Assembly (NCBI GenBank): GCA_963806225.1
Contig: CAWDXG010000004.1
Coordinates: 544,001-608,000, forward strand
From: an uncultured delta proteobacterium
GTDB taxonomy: Bacteria > Myxococcota_A > Polyangia > Polyangiales > Polyangiaceae
Length of the DNA stretch: 64,000 nucleotides
Direction of reading: 5' to 3'
The notes below the pieces were generated by a model. That model worked only from the letters and a program-made list of their open reading frames with translations. It was not told the origin of the DNA and made no database searches. Of the stretch, positions 14,020 to 24,170 are shown piece by piece. A program made the translations under genes and the position numbers. Position 1 is the first letter of the stretch, and each line of letters opens with the position of its first letter.

Positions 14020-16667
14020 GCGTCCTCCACGGTCGAAAGCCGCGACGCTCTTGCGTCGGCGGCACGGAGCAGCGCTTCGAGATACGCCAGCTTGAACGGT
14101 CCATGTCTTTCGCGGAGCCGGCTCACGCGCTCCGTCCACGAAGCCCCGTAGAGTCTTCCGAGGCCCATTGCCGCTGCCGAAAGCGACAGCTCGAGCGTCG
14201 GGAGCGCGTGACGTTCGCCCTCGGCGTTGCAGAGTTCGAATGCCGGAACCTGGTCGCCCTCGCGCACGCCGTGGATGTCGCCCATTCCCCGTTCCTGGTC
14301 GTGCGGCGTGCCCGTCCAGGCGCAGCGGACCTTCCCGTGATGCGCGCACACCAGGAACGCGACGAGGTCGAAGTCCTCCGGCTCGAGCGCCGCGATCTCG
14401 GCCGCCAGCGGGTGGTCCGCCGGCACGCGCAGCTCCTCGCCCAGTTCGGGCGGCGTCTCGCCCATGGCCTGCATCAGCTCGACGTGGGGACCGAGGAGCG
14501 CCGGATGCTTCGGGTCCGCGCGCCGCAGCAGCTCGAACAGCGCCAGCGTGCTCACGAGCTCGTGGCGGAAACCCTGCCGCTCCGGATAGGGCGGACGGCG
14601 CCATGCGCCATCCGGTGCCTTGGCGAGATCGCGCCGCTCGCCGTACTTCTCCGCGCTGTGTCGGGCCTCGTCCTTGATGGCCCCCTGGAACACCGCGTGC
14701 GCCTTGCCGGCGTCGTGCCAGCGCGCGGCGAGCTCCAGCAGCCGTCCGAGATCCGGGTCGAGGCGGAGAGCCTCGACGAGTTGCCGCATCTCCTCGCCAG
14801 CTTCCCTGCCGTGCGTGGCGATCGTCTTCCAGCCGGCGATCGAGAGACTGTCATCCCCCTCGCTCTCCGCCGACTGGTCGTAGCGCTGGGCCACGTCGTC
14901 CTGCGTTGCGGCGTGAGCCGGCGGAGCGAGAACGGGGCCCGGAGCCTTCGGATCCCAGCCGCGCTCGTGCGAGTACCCGCCCGCCTGTGCCGGTACGAGC
15001 ACGCGCAACCCCGGATGTAGTTGACGCGCGTTGCCGCGCGCCCAGGTGCCCTCCAGGTAGTCGAGCACGTAGAACGGGTTTTCGGCGAGCCACTTCCGCG
15101 CCTCGCCGATGGGTGCCGGGCACAGCTCCGCGCGCCGGACCGGGCCAACATCCCGCACGGGCATCGATCGAGCGTCTTCCTCCACCGGTCTCCAGAACAC
15201 GCTGATGTCGCGTTCCTCGCCCGAACGGATGTAGCGGCTTACGTCGAGATCATTGCCGCTGAGGTCCGGCGCCGTGTCGAACAGCTCGTCCAGATCCCGA
15301 CGCCGGAGCACGTGTGTGGGGTCGTAGGGATACAGTCGCGCGATCAACCCGGCGCCGTCGGCGTCGCCCCTCAAGCCATCCTCGAACGCCTCGAGGTTGC
15401 GTGGCGAAACATCGGCTTCGCCAGCCAGAAGCCGCGACAGCGCTTCCTCGGCCGCCATGAGCTCGCCCAGCGAATAGGGCAACGCCTTGCCTTCGTCCTT
15501 CGGTACCGCTCCGACGACGCACACTTCGCCGGCATCGCCCTCGTAGCGTGCCGCGCGACCGAATCGCTGGACGAGGCTCGGCCAGGGAGCGAGCTCGCTC
15601 ACGAGCAGGCGTGCCGAGATGTCCACGCCGGCTTCCACCACCTGTGTGGCCACAATGATCCGCCCAGCCTCGGGCTTCGTCGCATCGCGGTGCAGGAATT
15701 CGTCCGCCCACGCGCTGCGCTCTGCCCCCCGGAAGCGGCTGTGTACCAGCCGCAGGTCGGGAGCGTCGACGCGCCGGGCACGCTTCTTCCCCTTGCCTTC
15801 GGACAGCCGCTTGTCGAGCTCGTCGAACACCGCCGTGGCCGTGTCGACGCGGTTCACCACGATCAGGCTCAGACTGCCGGCCTGGTGCGCTGCGAGCGCG
15901 GTGTCCGCGATCTCGCCTGGCGTCGTCACATCCGTCCGGCGGCCCAGCGCCTTCTTCACGTCCCACAGGCCGCCCGCACGCGCCGAAGCCGGAATGCAGA
16001 GCATGCTCTCGCTCAACTCCGGGACCCGCTCCGCAACGTCCACGGTTCCGAGCCAGTCGGGCTGCAACGTGGCGCTCATCCACCAGGTTGCGGCGGGCCG
16101 CAGCCGGCCGCGCACGGAGGCAGCGTCCGCCGCTCTGAAGGCCCCGAGCTGCGCGCTGGTGGCGAGCCCGACATCCATGAGCTGGATCTCGTCGAGCACC
16201 CACAGCGCGTCGTGTTGAAGCAGGCCGAAATCCACAGGCCAGCGCGCGCGGGGCGCCGCGTAGCCGCGATTCAGCGCGCGCGAGAGCATCATGTCCTGCG
16301 TCCCGACGAGGATCGCCGGGCGTTCCGGCGTGAGCGCCCACTCGCCCGCGTCACTCCCGCCCATCAACACATGCAGGCCCACCGCCTCGGCAACTCCGGC
16401 TTCCCGGAGCCAAGCCGAGATCGCACGCTCGGTCTGCTCGACCAGCACGCGCATCGGCAGCGTGAACACCAGGCGCCGCGGCCAGGCCGGGTCGCCCCGC
16501 TTCACCGCGTTGTAGAGCCAGGCAAGCACCACCCCCGCCGTCTTGCCGAACCCTGTCGGCACGCGGAGCAGGCGATCTTCGAGCGCCTCGGCCGCCCCCA
16601 GCTCCGCCTGCCACGGATGCGGCTCGAAGCCGGAGATCGTCTGGAACCACTTTGAATATTCAGACAT
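14016..16667 (-). CDS. cas3: type I-G Cas3 helicase with C-terminal HD nuclease
   Basis: PTGFGKT, LDEIQL, MSATL, HSRF, ATQVVEAGVD, QRFGR; C-terminal WHDAGK..RHE..AHHGK..AADARAS. Confidence 0.95.
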
Positions 16668-16691
16668 TGCGCTCCGCCCGTCGCCCTCTCC

Positions 16692-16767
16692 AGGTTGTCT
16701 CACTGCGCATACTTCCCGTTCCCCCCCCGGATACCCCGCCCCCGTCCCACCTTCCGTGACACAACCT
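16692..16767. promoter_or_regulatory. candidate operator upstream of cas3
   Basis: Inverted pair aggttgtctcac (16692-16703) / gtgacacaacct (16756-16767) with 1 mismatch, plus gtcccac-N5-gtgacac (16744-16762). Confidence 0.35.
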
Positions 16768-17734
16768 CTCCCCCGCCCTTCCTGACGCCGGGCCTCCGGT
16801 AGTGCGCCATCGCGCCGCCGAGCTCCGCTTCCACGGCTGCGCGCAGCTCGGGGGGTGCGAGGGCTTCGGCGGCGGCGCCCCAGGCGAGGACCCAGCGGGT
16901 GGTCTCGATGAGGCCGGCGACGCGGGCCTCGACGATCACGCTGCCGTCGGGCTGCGGTGCGAGGCGCTGATCGGGGACGAGCGGATACTCGGGCGCCACG
17001 GCGGCGACGTCGGCCGCGAGGCGTACGCGAACGTCGACGGGCGCGCCGTGCCAGGCGCGGACAGCGTGACCGAAGAGCTCCTGCTCGTCGTAGGCGGGGT
17101 GCGGCGCCTGGGCGCTTTCGAGAACGCGGGCCTCGAGTACGCGCGCCAGCTTGAAGGTCCGCCAGCCCTGCCGCGCGGTGTCCCAGGCGACGAGGTAGGC
17201 GTCCGAGCGATCGATGCGAAGAGCCGCGGGGTCGACGACGCGCGTGCCGGTGCGGCCGGTCGAGGCGGCGCGGTAGCGCATCTCGAGCTGGCGCTTCGAG
17301 TCGAGCGCAGCCTCGATGGCGGCGGCCACCCCGGGGCGATGCGCCGGGGCAGAACGCCGCGTGCTCACGAGAGGCGCCGGGCCGTCCACTCCCAGCGCGG
17401 CCAGGCAGGCGTCGAGCTGTTCCGCCGCGCGTGTGCCGTCGAGCGGCGTCAACATCTGCCGCGCGACGGCAAGCGCAATCCGTCCCGCGCTTCCCGGACC
17501 CAGCGCGGGCAGGGCATCGCGCCGCAGGCTGTAGCGTACTTCGCCGTTCACTCGCTCGCTGGCGATCGGCACGCCCGCGTCTTCGAGGTGGCGGAGGTAG
17601 CGGTAGACCGTCGATCGGCTGGTGCCTGCAAACTCCGCCAGCGTGGAGGCCGACGCCCCGTAGCGCCGCGCCTGTAGCGCCTCCACGAGGCGCCACATCC
17701 GCACGACCATGTCTGCTACGCGTCGCCCCGCCAT
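16700..17734 (-). CDS. wHTH-WYL-WCX transcriptional regulator
   Basis: N-terminal HTH (SRSTVYRYLRHLEDAG); WYL core (MRY..RVVDP..AYLVAW..RTFKLARV); WCX tail (RWVLAWG..AEALAPPELR). Confidence 0.9.
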   Translation of the reverse strand: MAGRRVADMVVRMWRLVEALQARRYGASASTLAEFAGTSRSTVYRYLRHLEDAGVPIASERVNGEVRYSLRRDALPALGPGSAGRIALAVARQMLTPLDGTRAAEQLDACLAALGVDGPAPLVSTRRSAPAHRPGVAAAIEAALDSKRQLEMRYRAASTGRTGTRVVDPAALRIDRSDAYLVAWDTARQGWRTFKLARVLEARVLESAQAPHPAYDEQELFGHAVRAWHGAPVDVRVRLAADVAAVAPEYPLVPDQRLAPQPDGSVIVEARVAGLIETTRWVLAWGAAAEALAPPELRAAVEAELGGAMAHYRRPGVRKGGGEVVSRKVGRGRGIRGGNGKYAQ

Positions 17735-17999
17735 GACGGAAAGATCCAGGACCGTACTCCTGGTCGTACCGGGCGTCGAGTGTCGCTTCCGCAGGGGACT
17801 GACCAACACGATCGGATGGCACAAGGATGACTGAACGAGTGTCATCGCCCGTAGGGGTGATGCCACAGGCAATGGCACCCCTATGGCCGCGCAATCCGCA
17901 CTTGCACGCTCCACTTCTGGCCACACGCGGTCGCTGTCTCATACCGCCGCCGTCCAGGGCTGCGAGCCCGACCCAGAGCCGGACCCGCAGCCGCACGCC

Positions 18000-18323
18000 T
18001 CAGCGCACTACGACCAGCCGCATCAGCGTGCCCAGCACACGGTCGAAGCAACGGACCAGCTCCGGCTCGAGCTCCGGCATGTACCCGAGCGCCGCCGCGA
18101 CCTCGAAACACGCCTGCACTTCGCGCAGCGAGCCCAGCGCCGTGTGGTAGCGCACCGCGCGGTTCTTCCCTCGACTGTAGGACCCCTCCGCGACATTGAG
18201 CGGCGCGCTCGTCAAGGCCCGCCGACACTGCCGCGCCAGATCCGGATCGTGCCGCTCCAGCTGCTTCACCAGCGGCCTGAGCGAACGAACAAGGTCGAGC
18301 AGAACGGGATAGATGCGCAACAT
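18000..18323 (-). CDS. four-helix-bundle protein (23S rRNA IVS protein / Avd-like family)
   Basis: 107 aa, LARQCRRALTSAPLNVAEG..RYHTALGSLRE..AAALGY; AAGGAG RBS at 18331-18336. Confidence 0.88.
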   Translation of the reverse strand: MLRIYPVLLDLVRSLRPLVKQLERHDPDLARQCRRALTSAPLNVAEGSYSRGKNRAVRYHTALGSLREVQACFEVAAALGYMPELEPELVRCFDRVLGTLMRLVVVR

Positions 18324-18360
18324 GATGTGACTCCTTGCAAGCCCGCACCCGCCAATCGAG

Positions 18361-18573
18361 CGCGAGGCGAAACCGACGCGCCGCCGCGCGCAGGAGCTGT
18401 CCAGGCTGCGAGCGAAGCGAGCACCGCCCGCAGCCGCGCGCAGGACCCCAAGGGTCCGAGCACGGCGAGGACGGCCCCGGCCTGGACAGCTCCGAGCACG
18501 GCGGCAGACTCGAAAAGCCACGAGCGCCCTCGCCCTCCCTCCCGCTCTTCGCGCGCGAGGCGAAGCCGACGCG
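18361..18573 (-). other. nested stem-loop element (putative structured RNA leader or ssDNA element)
   Basis: Perfect 14-bp inverted repeat 18393-18406 / 18480-18493 extended by gccgccg/cggcggc; an inner hairpin with the same flanking motif; bracketed by a 20-bp direct repeat (18361-18380, 18554-18573). Confidence 0.6.
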
Positions 18574-18574
18574 C

Positions 18575-18732
18575 GCCTCGCCCTCGCCCTCGCCCCCGCC
18601 CTCGCCCTCCCCTCCCCCGCCCCCGCCCCCGCCCTCGCCCTCGCCCCCGCCCTCGCCCTCGCCCCCGCCCTCGCCCTCGCCCTCGCCCCCGCCCTCGCCC
18701 CCGCCCTCGCCCTCGCCCTCGCCCTCGCCCTC
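18575..18732. repeat. hexamer microsatellite (CCTCGC/CCCCGC)n, about 26 units
   Basis: Directly visible tandem repeat; reads (GGGCGA/GGGCGG)n on the minus strand. Confidence 0.95.
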
Positions 18733-18735
18733 CGC

Positions 18736-20943
18736 TCAGGCCAACCCGCCGCGGCGGCGCGCGAGCCAGTGCGCGCCCAGTGCCAGCGACGCGAGCAGCG
18801 CCCACGCCCACGCCGGCAGCATCGGCGTCACGTGCCGCTCAGCCGCGATGCGCGTCGACGCCGGCTGCGGCAGATCGCCCACCGACTCCGAGGTCACCGG
18901 ATGACCGCCGGTCACGTCCGCGATGCGATCGAGACGCAGCGGATCGGGGCGCGAGTCCGCCCACGCTTCCCCACCCTTCTCGCACGAGAAGTCGAAGCGC
19001 GTCGCTGGAGCGGCGCCGATGCGGACGCGCGCGGTGTAGCCGCCGGGGTCGAGGCTGCCCAGCTTCATCTTGATCGCGCCGGAGGGCGGCTTGTCGATGT
19101 GCCGGGAGAGCGGCTTGCCCGGATCCTCGCCGAGCTTTTCCACCGAGAGATCGATGGCGCCCTGCATGCCCGGCAGCCGCGACACCTGGAGGGTGGTCGG
19201 CTCGCCGGTGATGCAGTCGCCCACCAGCTGGACGCGTGCGGCCTCGTAGCGCGGGTCGCGCATCAGCCAGCCGAGCAGCCCGTCCCAGAGCGCGCCGTAG
19301 CCACGGCCGGCAGCCTTCGCCGCCATTTCGCTGAACGCGAGCTCGTGCGTGCCGTCCACGCCGAGCGCGATCGACCGGCCGTCGCCGGCCTCGCCCAGCG
19401 CGAGCACCGGCATCGGCTGATCGCCCGCTTTGCGGTTGGGATGGTCCCACAGGACGATGGACCCCTTGCGCGGCGCACCGAGCGTGTTGGAGCCGGGCAT
19501 CTCCGGCAGATCGTCGCCGTACAGCTCGCGGAGCGAGTGCAGCGCGGGCGCCGCTCGACCGGCGTCCGTGTAGCGCGGCACGAACCCGGAAGTGTCGAAG
19601 GGGCGCGCGCTGTCCGGCAGCTTGACCGGCAGCACGCGTTCCAACGCCGTACCGGCGTAGCCACCGCCGATGAACGAGGACGGCCCGCCCACCATGATGA
19701 GCCCCCCACCCGACTCCACGTAGTGCGCGAGCTCCGGCAGATGCCGCGCCAGCCTGTAGCGAACCGCGTCGATGTCCTGCAGCACGACCGCGTCGAAGCT
19801 CGGAAGATGTTCGGTGAATAGCTCGTCCACCGGAAACGGGATCAACGCGAGCTCGTTGTCGCTCGCGCCCGGGTCGTCGGTGTCGGTGCGCAGGATGAAG
19901 AACGCCACCAGGTCCACCGACTCGTCGCTCTTCAGCCACATGCGGAGCGCACGCACGTCGTAGGTGGGCCGCCCGGCGACGTGCAGCACGCGGATGCGGT
20001 CGCGGGTGACCGCGAACGTCAGGATGCGCCGGTCGTTCGCCGGGATGGTGTCACCGTCCGGAGCATCGATGGAGATCTCGACGACGCGGTTGCCGGCGCG
20101 CTCCAGCGTGATCGAAAGCTCCACCTTGGCGCTGCCGTTTTCCACGTGCGCCACGCCCTTTGCGAGCAGCGCCGGCTTCACTCCGTGACGCAACTCCCGC
20201 ACCCGCACCGGCACGTCGCCGCAGTCGAGCCCGCCTGCACAGCCGATCTCGACGGTAAGCGCCAGCGCCTGGTGCGCTACCGCGGCGCCTGCAGCATGCA
20301 CCGCACGGATGCTCGCGTCCCGCGGCGCTTTTTCGGCCACGCTGACGGTGTCGATGGGAACGTGCAGCTGACCGACCGCGTGTCGGAGCGCCTCGTCGTC
20401 GGCGCCTGCAGCGGGCCGCGTGAGCCGCCCGTCGCTCACCACGACGACCGACCTGGGTCGCTCGCCTGGCGATTCGGCGAGACCGGACAGCGCGGCGGCC
20501 AGGTCGCTGTCGGTCGTCAGGTCCGCCGAGTCGCCCGTCTTCAGACTCGCCGCATCGAGCGGCCGGGCTGTGCCGTCGCCGAAGCCGAGGACCGACAGCC
20601 GTGCGTCGGAGAACCGCCGCTGGATCTGCTTGACGGCGTCGAGGGCGCGCTGCCGGCGCGTGCGACCCTGGTCGTCGAGCAAGAGCCTCCGCGACTGGTC
20701 GACCAGCACGACCACCCGCGGTCCCACCATGCTGCCCCGGGTGGTCACCCGCACCGGCCTCAGCACGGCGAGCGACAGCATCAGCGTGGCCAGGATCCCG
20801 CTCGTGGCAATTGCCCCGCCCAGTCGTTCGCGGCGTCGCAACTCGACGACAAGCAGAACGATCGACAACGCGACGAGCACGCCGACCGCGATCACCGCGG
20901 ACGTGGATAGATCGCCGGAGAATGCCCACGACTGCGTGTTCAT
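18736..20943 (-). CDS. membrane protein with vWA-like and glutamine-amidotransferase-like (DUF1355-type) domains
   Basis: N-terminal TMs, VVLVDQS, VVVVSDG, DLVAFFILRT..NELALIPFPVDELF, GGGLIMVGG, C-terminal TM ending RRRGGL. Confidence 0.75.
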   Translation of the reverse strand: MNTQSWAFSGDLSTSAVIAVGVLVALSIVLLVVELRRRERLGGAIATSGILATLMLSLAVLRPVRVTTRGSMVGPRVVVLVDQSRRLLLDDQGRTRRQRALDAVKQIQRRFSDARLSVLGFGDGTARPLDAASLKTGDSADLTTDSDLAAALSGLAESPGERPRSVVVVSDGRLTRPAAGADDEALRHAVGQLHVPIDTVSVAEKAPRDASIRAVHAAGAAVAHQALALTVEIGCAGGLDCGDVPVRVRELRHGVKPALLAKGVAHVENGSAKVELSITLERAGNRVVEISIDAPDGDTIPANDRRILTFAVTRDRIRVLHVAGRPTYDVRALRMWLKSDESVDLVAFFILRTDTDDPGASDNELALIPFPVDELFTEHLPSFDAVVLQDIDAVRYRLARHLPELAHYVESGGGLIMVGGPSSFIGGGYAGTALERVLPVKLPDSARPFDTSGFVPRYTDAGRAAPALHSLRELYGDDLPEMPGSNTLGAPRKGSIVLWDHPNRKAGDQPMPVLALGEAGDGRSIALGVDGTHELAFSEMAAKAAGRGYGALWDGLLGWLMRDPRYEAARVQLVGDCITGEPTTLQVSRLPGMQGAIDLSVEKLGEDPGKPLSRHIDKPPSGAIKMKLGSLDPGGYTARVRIGAAPATRFDFSCEKGGEAWADSRPDPLRLDRIADVTGGHPVTSESVGDLPQPASTRIAAERHVTPMLPAWAWALLASLALGAHWLARRRGGLA

Positions 20944-20946
20944 CGC

Positions 20947-21714
20947 TCAAGGTCGGCGGTGCGCGCCGCGCCGCATGAGCCAGGGCGCGTGCACCTGGTC
21001 GTCCTTGTAGTCCGAGCAGAGCAGGTACATCGCGAGGTTGACCGCCAGCCGCTCGGCGTGCTCGCGCTGCCGCGCTCCGCCTGGCTTGACCTCGAGCGCC
21101 CACGCGCCGCCTGGAGTGCGCGCCAGCGCGCCCAGCAGATCATGCTGGAGGAAGATCACCTGGGCGTTCTTGCCGCGTACGATCGCATCGAGATGCGGCG
21201 GGCCCAGCACGCGCCCTACTGGACGATCGATGAGGTAGTACGTCTTGTAGACCACGTGCCCGGGATCGAGCCTGACCGGGGGCGACTCGGGCAGCACCCG
21301 GCGCAACTCGCGCCGCACCGAGCGGCCGAAGTCACCCTTTTCCGGATCATTGTCGTCGACAATCAACAGCCCGCCGAGCCGGATGAACTGTTCGAGCCCG
21401 CGGCGTTCGCTGGCTGCGAGCGGCGCGACCGCATGCTCGCCGGCCCAGATCGCGAAGGGCTCGGCGAGCAGCACGGGCTGGTCTGCTCCGACCTCGGCGG
21501 TTGTCAGACGCGCCGGCGCACTGGTGCGCCGGACCAGCTCCCACGCCCAGCGACCCGGCGCGGAGGCGCGCACCCCGGACCACTTCGCGCCACCGGTCAA
21601 CAGCATGCGCGGGTGGAACGCACCCGCCTGCCCGAATGCGTGGGCCTCCGGCGCCACCAGCAGGAGCGCCAGCATCGACGCAATGGCTTCGCGCCGCCCC
21701 AGCGCGGGGCGCAC
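20947..21714 (-). CDS. DUF4159 domain protein
   Basis: Tat-like LGRREAI signal, GGLLIVDD, HVVYKTYYL, NLAMYLLCSDYKDDQVH; GTG start preceded by GAGGA. Confidence 0.8.
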   Translation of the reverse strand: MRPALGRREAIASMLALLLVAPEAHAFGQAGAFHPRMLLTGGAKWSGVRASAPGRWAWELVRRTSAPARLTTAEVGADQPVLLAEPFAIWAGEHAVAPLAASERRGLEQFIRLGGLLIVDDNDPEKGDFGRSVRRELRRVLPESPPVRLDPGHVVYKTYYLIDRPVGRVLGPPHLDAIVRGKNAQVIFLQHDLLGALARTPGGAWALEVKPGGARQREHAERLAVNLAMYLLCSDYKDDQVHAPWLMRRGAHRRP

Positions 21715-21725
21715 GCGATCCTCAT

Positions 21726-22439
21726 CTAGTCGAAGTCGTCGATACGCCAAACGCCTGCCTCTCGCTTGAGCTTGACCGAATGACCGCCGACAAGCTTCAC
21801 CTCGGCGCGGTCTCCCGACACCTTGACATCCAGGGTCTCGGGCTCTTCGAGTCCTTCCACCAGCGAGCTCAGGTCGTTGTCCAGCGAGCTTCTCGTGTCC
21901 CGGGACAGCACGCGCATCAGCCCGGCGTAGCTGCGTCGCGCCAGAGCCGCCCTCAGCTCGGCGAGGGCCTGTTCCGGCGTGCGGGCGCCGGCCGGCAGGG
22001 CCTGGGCCGAGCCGATACGGAAGCGCCCGTCCTCCACGACCAGAGCAGCCTCCTCGCCGTCCGCGTAACGCACCGTGGCTTCGGTCTGCACGGTCGCCCG
22101 GCCGGAAGCGAGCGCGCGCGCGTTGTCGGCGAGCTCCTTGTGCGAGCTGGCCAGCAGCTTGCGGGTGCCGCTCAGCCCGTAGGTGCGCTGCGCTTCGTGG
22201 GTCAGCATCGAATAGACGGCATCAGCGTCGCCCCGCTCCGCCGCAGCGCTGTACTCGCGAACGGCTGCCCGGGGGTCCGGGACGACGGAACGGGCGCAGC
22301 CCGTCGCGGATGCGAACAGGGCAAGGAACAGCGCACGGCGCCAGGAACCGCCAGCCCGCGACGCAGGCCGACCGGATCCGGAGGCGGCGCAGCCCCGCGC
22401 GCCCGCGGAAGCGCGCCCCGTCGAAACCGCCGGGGACAT
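21726..22439 (-). CDS. putative lipoprotein (NTF2-like repeats)
   Basis: Lipobox ATGC; two segments ending LVVEDGRFRI and LKREAGVWRI. Confidence 0.6.
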   Translation of the reverse strand: MSPAVSTGRASAGARGCAASGSGRPASRAGGSWRRALFLALFASATGCARSVVPDPRAAVREYSAAAERGDADAVYSMLTHEAQRTYGLSGTRKLLASSHKELADNARALASGRATVQTEATVRYADGEEAALVVEDGRFRIGSAQALPAGARTPEQALAELRAALARRSYAGLMRVLSRDTRSSLDNDLSSLVEGLEEPETLDVKVSGDRAEVKLVGGHSVKLKREAGVWRIDDFD

Positions 22440-22490
22440 TCTTCAGGAGAGCTAGCGAAACCCGGGCCGGTTGGCTACCTTTTGCTACCG

Positions 22491-23045
22491 ATGAGCCAAA
22501 CCTCCCGACGATCCGCATTCGGCCGGCGCGTAGGCCGACCCCTCGCCTCGCGACGCGCGCTCTTCGGCGCCTTCCTCGCACTGGGACTTCTGGCCGCTTG
22601 CGGCGGCCCTCCACCCAAGACCGCCACCCCCAAACGCGCCCTCGACGAACGCAGAGCGGTGGAAGTCATCATCCAGGCCTTCCACGACGAGCACGACCGA
22701 CCTGTCCCGGGCCGGAAGGTCGACATCGGCGACGGCAAGTCGATCGAAGTCGACGTGGGCTCGCAGGGGCACAAGTACGGCGTCGCCTACGTCACGCCGA
22801 TGGAGGAAGACCAGCTCGGTGCAGCGCTGCCGCCACGCACGAAAGCCATGGGCGATGCGCTGCAACTCGTGAGCGGCACGGGCGACGAGTCCGACGCGAG
22901 GATCCTGGTGTTGCGCAACAACGACTACCTGTACGACGACCAGGTCGGTACCGAGCACACCGAAACCACCATCACCGCCGAGAACAAGCTCACGCGAGAC
23001 GTGCGGGACTTCCTGGTGCGCGCCCACGCCGAACACTGGCCCTGA
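22491..23045 (+). CDS. hypothetical lipoprotein
   Basis: LAAC lipobox, strong GC3 codon bias. Confidence 0.65.
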   Translation: MSQTSRRSAFGRRVGRPLASRRALFGAFLALGLLAACGGPPPKTATPKRALDERRAVEVIIQAFHDEHDRPVPGRKVDIGDGKSIEVDVGSQGHKYGVAYVTPMEEDQLGAALPPRTKAMGDALQLVSGTGDESDARILVLRNNDYLYDDQVGTEHTETTITAENKLTRDVRDFLVRAHAEHWP

Positions 23046-23062
23046 GCCGACGCGGAACACGG

Positions 23063-23284
23063 ATGGGATCGTCGGACTCCAGCAACCGTTCGCTGCTCGC
23101 GTTCGCGGCGACGTGCGTCGCGGCCGGTGTCGCGTTCAGCGTGACGGGCAGCCACGGGCTGGGCGCGTGGGTGACTGTCGCCGCGCTGGCGCTGCTGGTG
23201 TTCTCGCTGCACCGTCTGGGCCGCAGCGGCCCGGATGCGCCGCTCGAGGTCGAACCGACGCACCGGGACGAAGAGCCGGACTGA
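23063..23284 (+). CDS. small two-TM membrane protein
   Basis: 73 aa with two hydrophobic helices, directly downstream of the previous gene. Confidence 0.55.
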   Translation: MGSSDSSNRSLLAFAATCVAAGVAFSVTGSHGLGAWVTVAALALLVFSLHRLGRSGPDAPLEVEPTHRDEEPD

Positions 23285-23306
23285 CGCGACCGTCCCGGCT
23301 CTCGGC

Positions 23307-24170
23307 TCAGGTCTCGCTGCGAAGTACTGCGACGCCCACGTTCGATCCAAAGATCGGCAGGCCTTCTACGGCCAGGCCGAAGTCGCGGCCGGTGATTTCG
23401 AGCTGCGTGCCGTAGACGCTGTCGCCCTTGATGTGGCTCATCGGATCGAGTTTCTCGATGGCCTTGGCGTTGACGTGCGGCGAGACCGGTGCGCCGTACG
23501 CGTTCTTGCCGACGACCACGTAGACGTACAGGAGCGGTACCTTGCCTCCGTGGTCGGAGACGTCGGAAGTGACCTTGCTGCGGATCGCGTTCTCCAGGCG
23601 ATATGCGTAGGCGGCCCAGGACCAGCCCGTGACGTAGAGGCCGACAGGCTTTTTTTCGACCTCGACGGGCGTTGCCGCAACCCACTGGCCGTCGGGTCCC
23701 TTGACGCCGGCGGCCTCGGGCATCGAGCCGGTCGTCTCGACGTACTTGCCTTTCGCAGCTTCGGCGAGCTTGGGAAACGCCTTGAATAACGACTTGCCGG
23801 CCATTCGATCCTGCTCGCGGTCGTTGCGGATGACCTTTCCGGATAGATCAGCGAGCGCGAAGAACGTGCTCTTGGCGACGCGGAGATCCTGCACCTTGCC
23901 CCGCGCGAGCTGGAGCTGTCCCTGCGCGGCCTTGAGATCGTCCTCGGGCTTTGCATCTCCCTTGTAGAGCGGCGCCAGATGCTGTGCGCCCTCCGGAAGG
24001 CCCTTCCGGACCTCCTGCACGTCCTCCTTGACCGCCTTGGCGAGGAACCCGACGTGCTGCTTCGCCTTGGCCTCGCTGACCTTGCTGCTCTTGGTACAAC
24101 CGGAAAGCGGCATCGCCGACGCCGCACCCACCAGAACCACGACCGCTGCTCGCTTCATGTAGGACTTCAT
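23307..24170 (-). CDS. hypothetical lipoprotein (Cache-like sensor fold possible)
   Basis: LSGC lipobox, Lys-rich, strong codon bias. Confidence 0.65.
   Translation of the reverse strand: MKSYMKRAAVVVLVGAASAMPLSGCTKSSKVSEAKAKQHVGFLAKAVKEDVQEVRKGLPEGAQHLAPLYKGDAKPEDDLKAAQGQLQLARGKVQDLRVAKSTFFALADLSGKVIRNDREQDRMAGKSLFKAFPKLAEAAKGKYVETTGSMPEAAGVKGPDGQWVAATPVEVEKKPVGLYVTGWSWAAYAYRLENAIRSKVTSDVSDHGGKVPLLYVYVVVGKNAYGAPVSPHVNAKAIEKLDPMSHIKGDSVYGTQLEITGRDFGLAVEGLPIFGSNVGVAVLRSET

Noticed and set aside
18000..18323. Avd-like gene as evidence for a diversity-generating retroelement
   Set aside because: No reverse transcriptase and no TR/VR pair with adenine-specific mismatches is visible in the window.
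18266..18904. Poly-GR, poly-PR and poly-PS ORFs
   Set aside because: They are translations of the hexamer microsatellite, with no RBS or codon-bias support.
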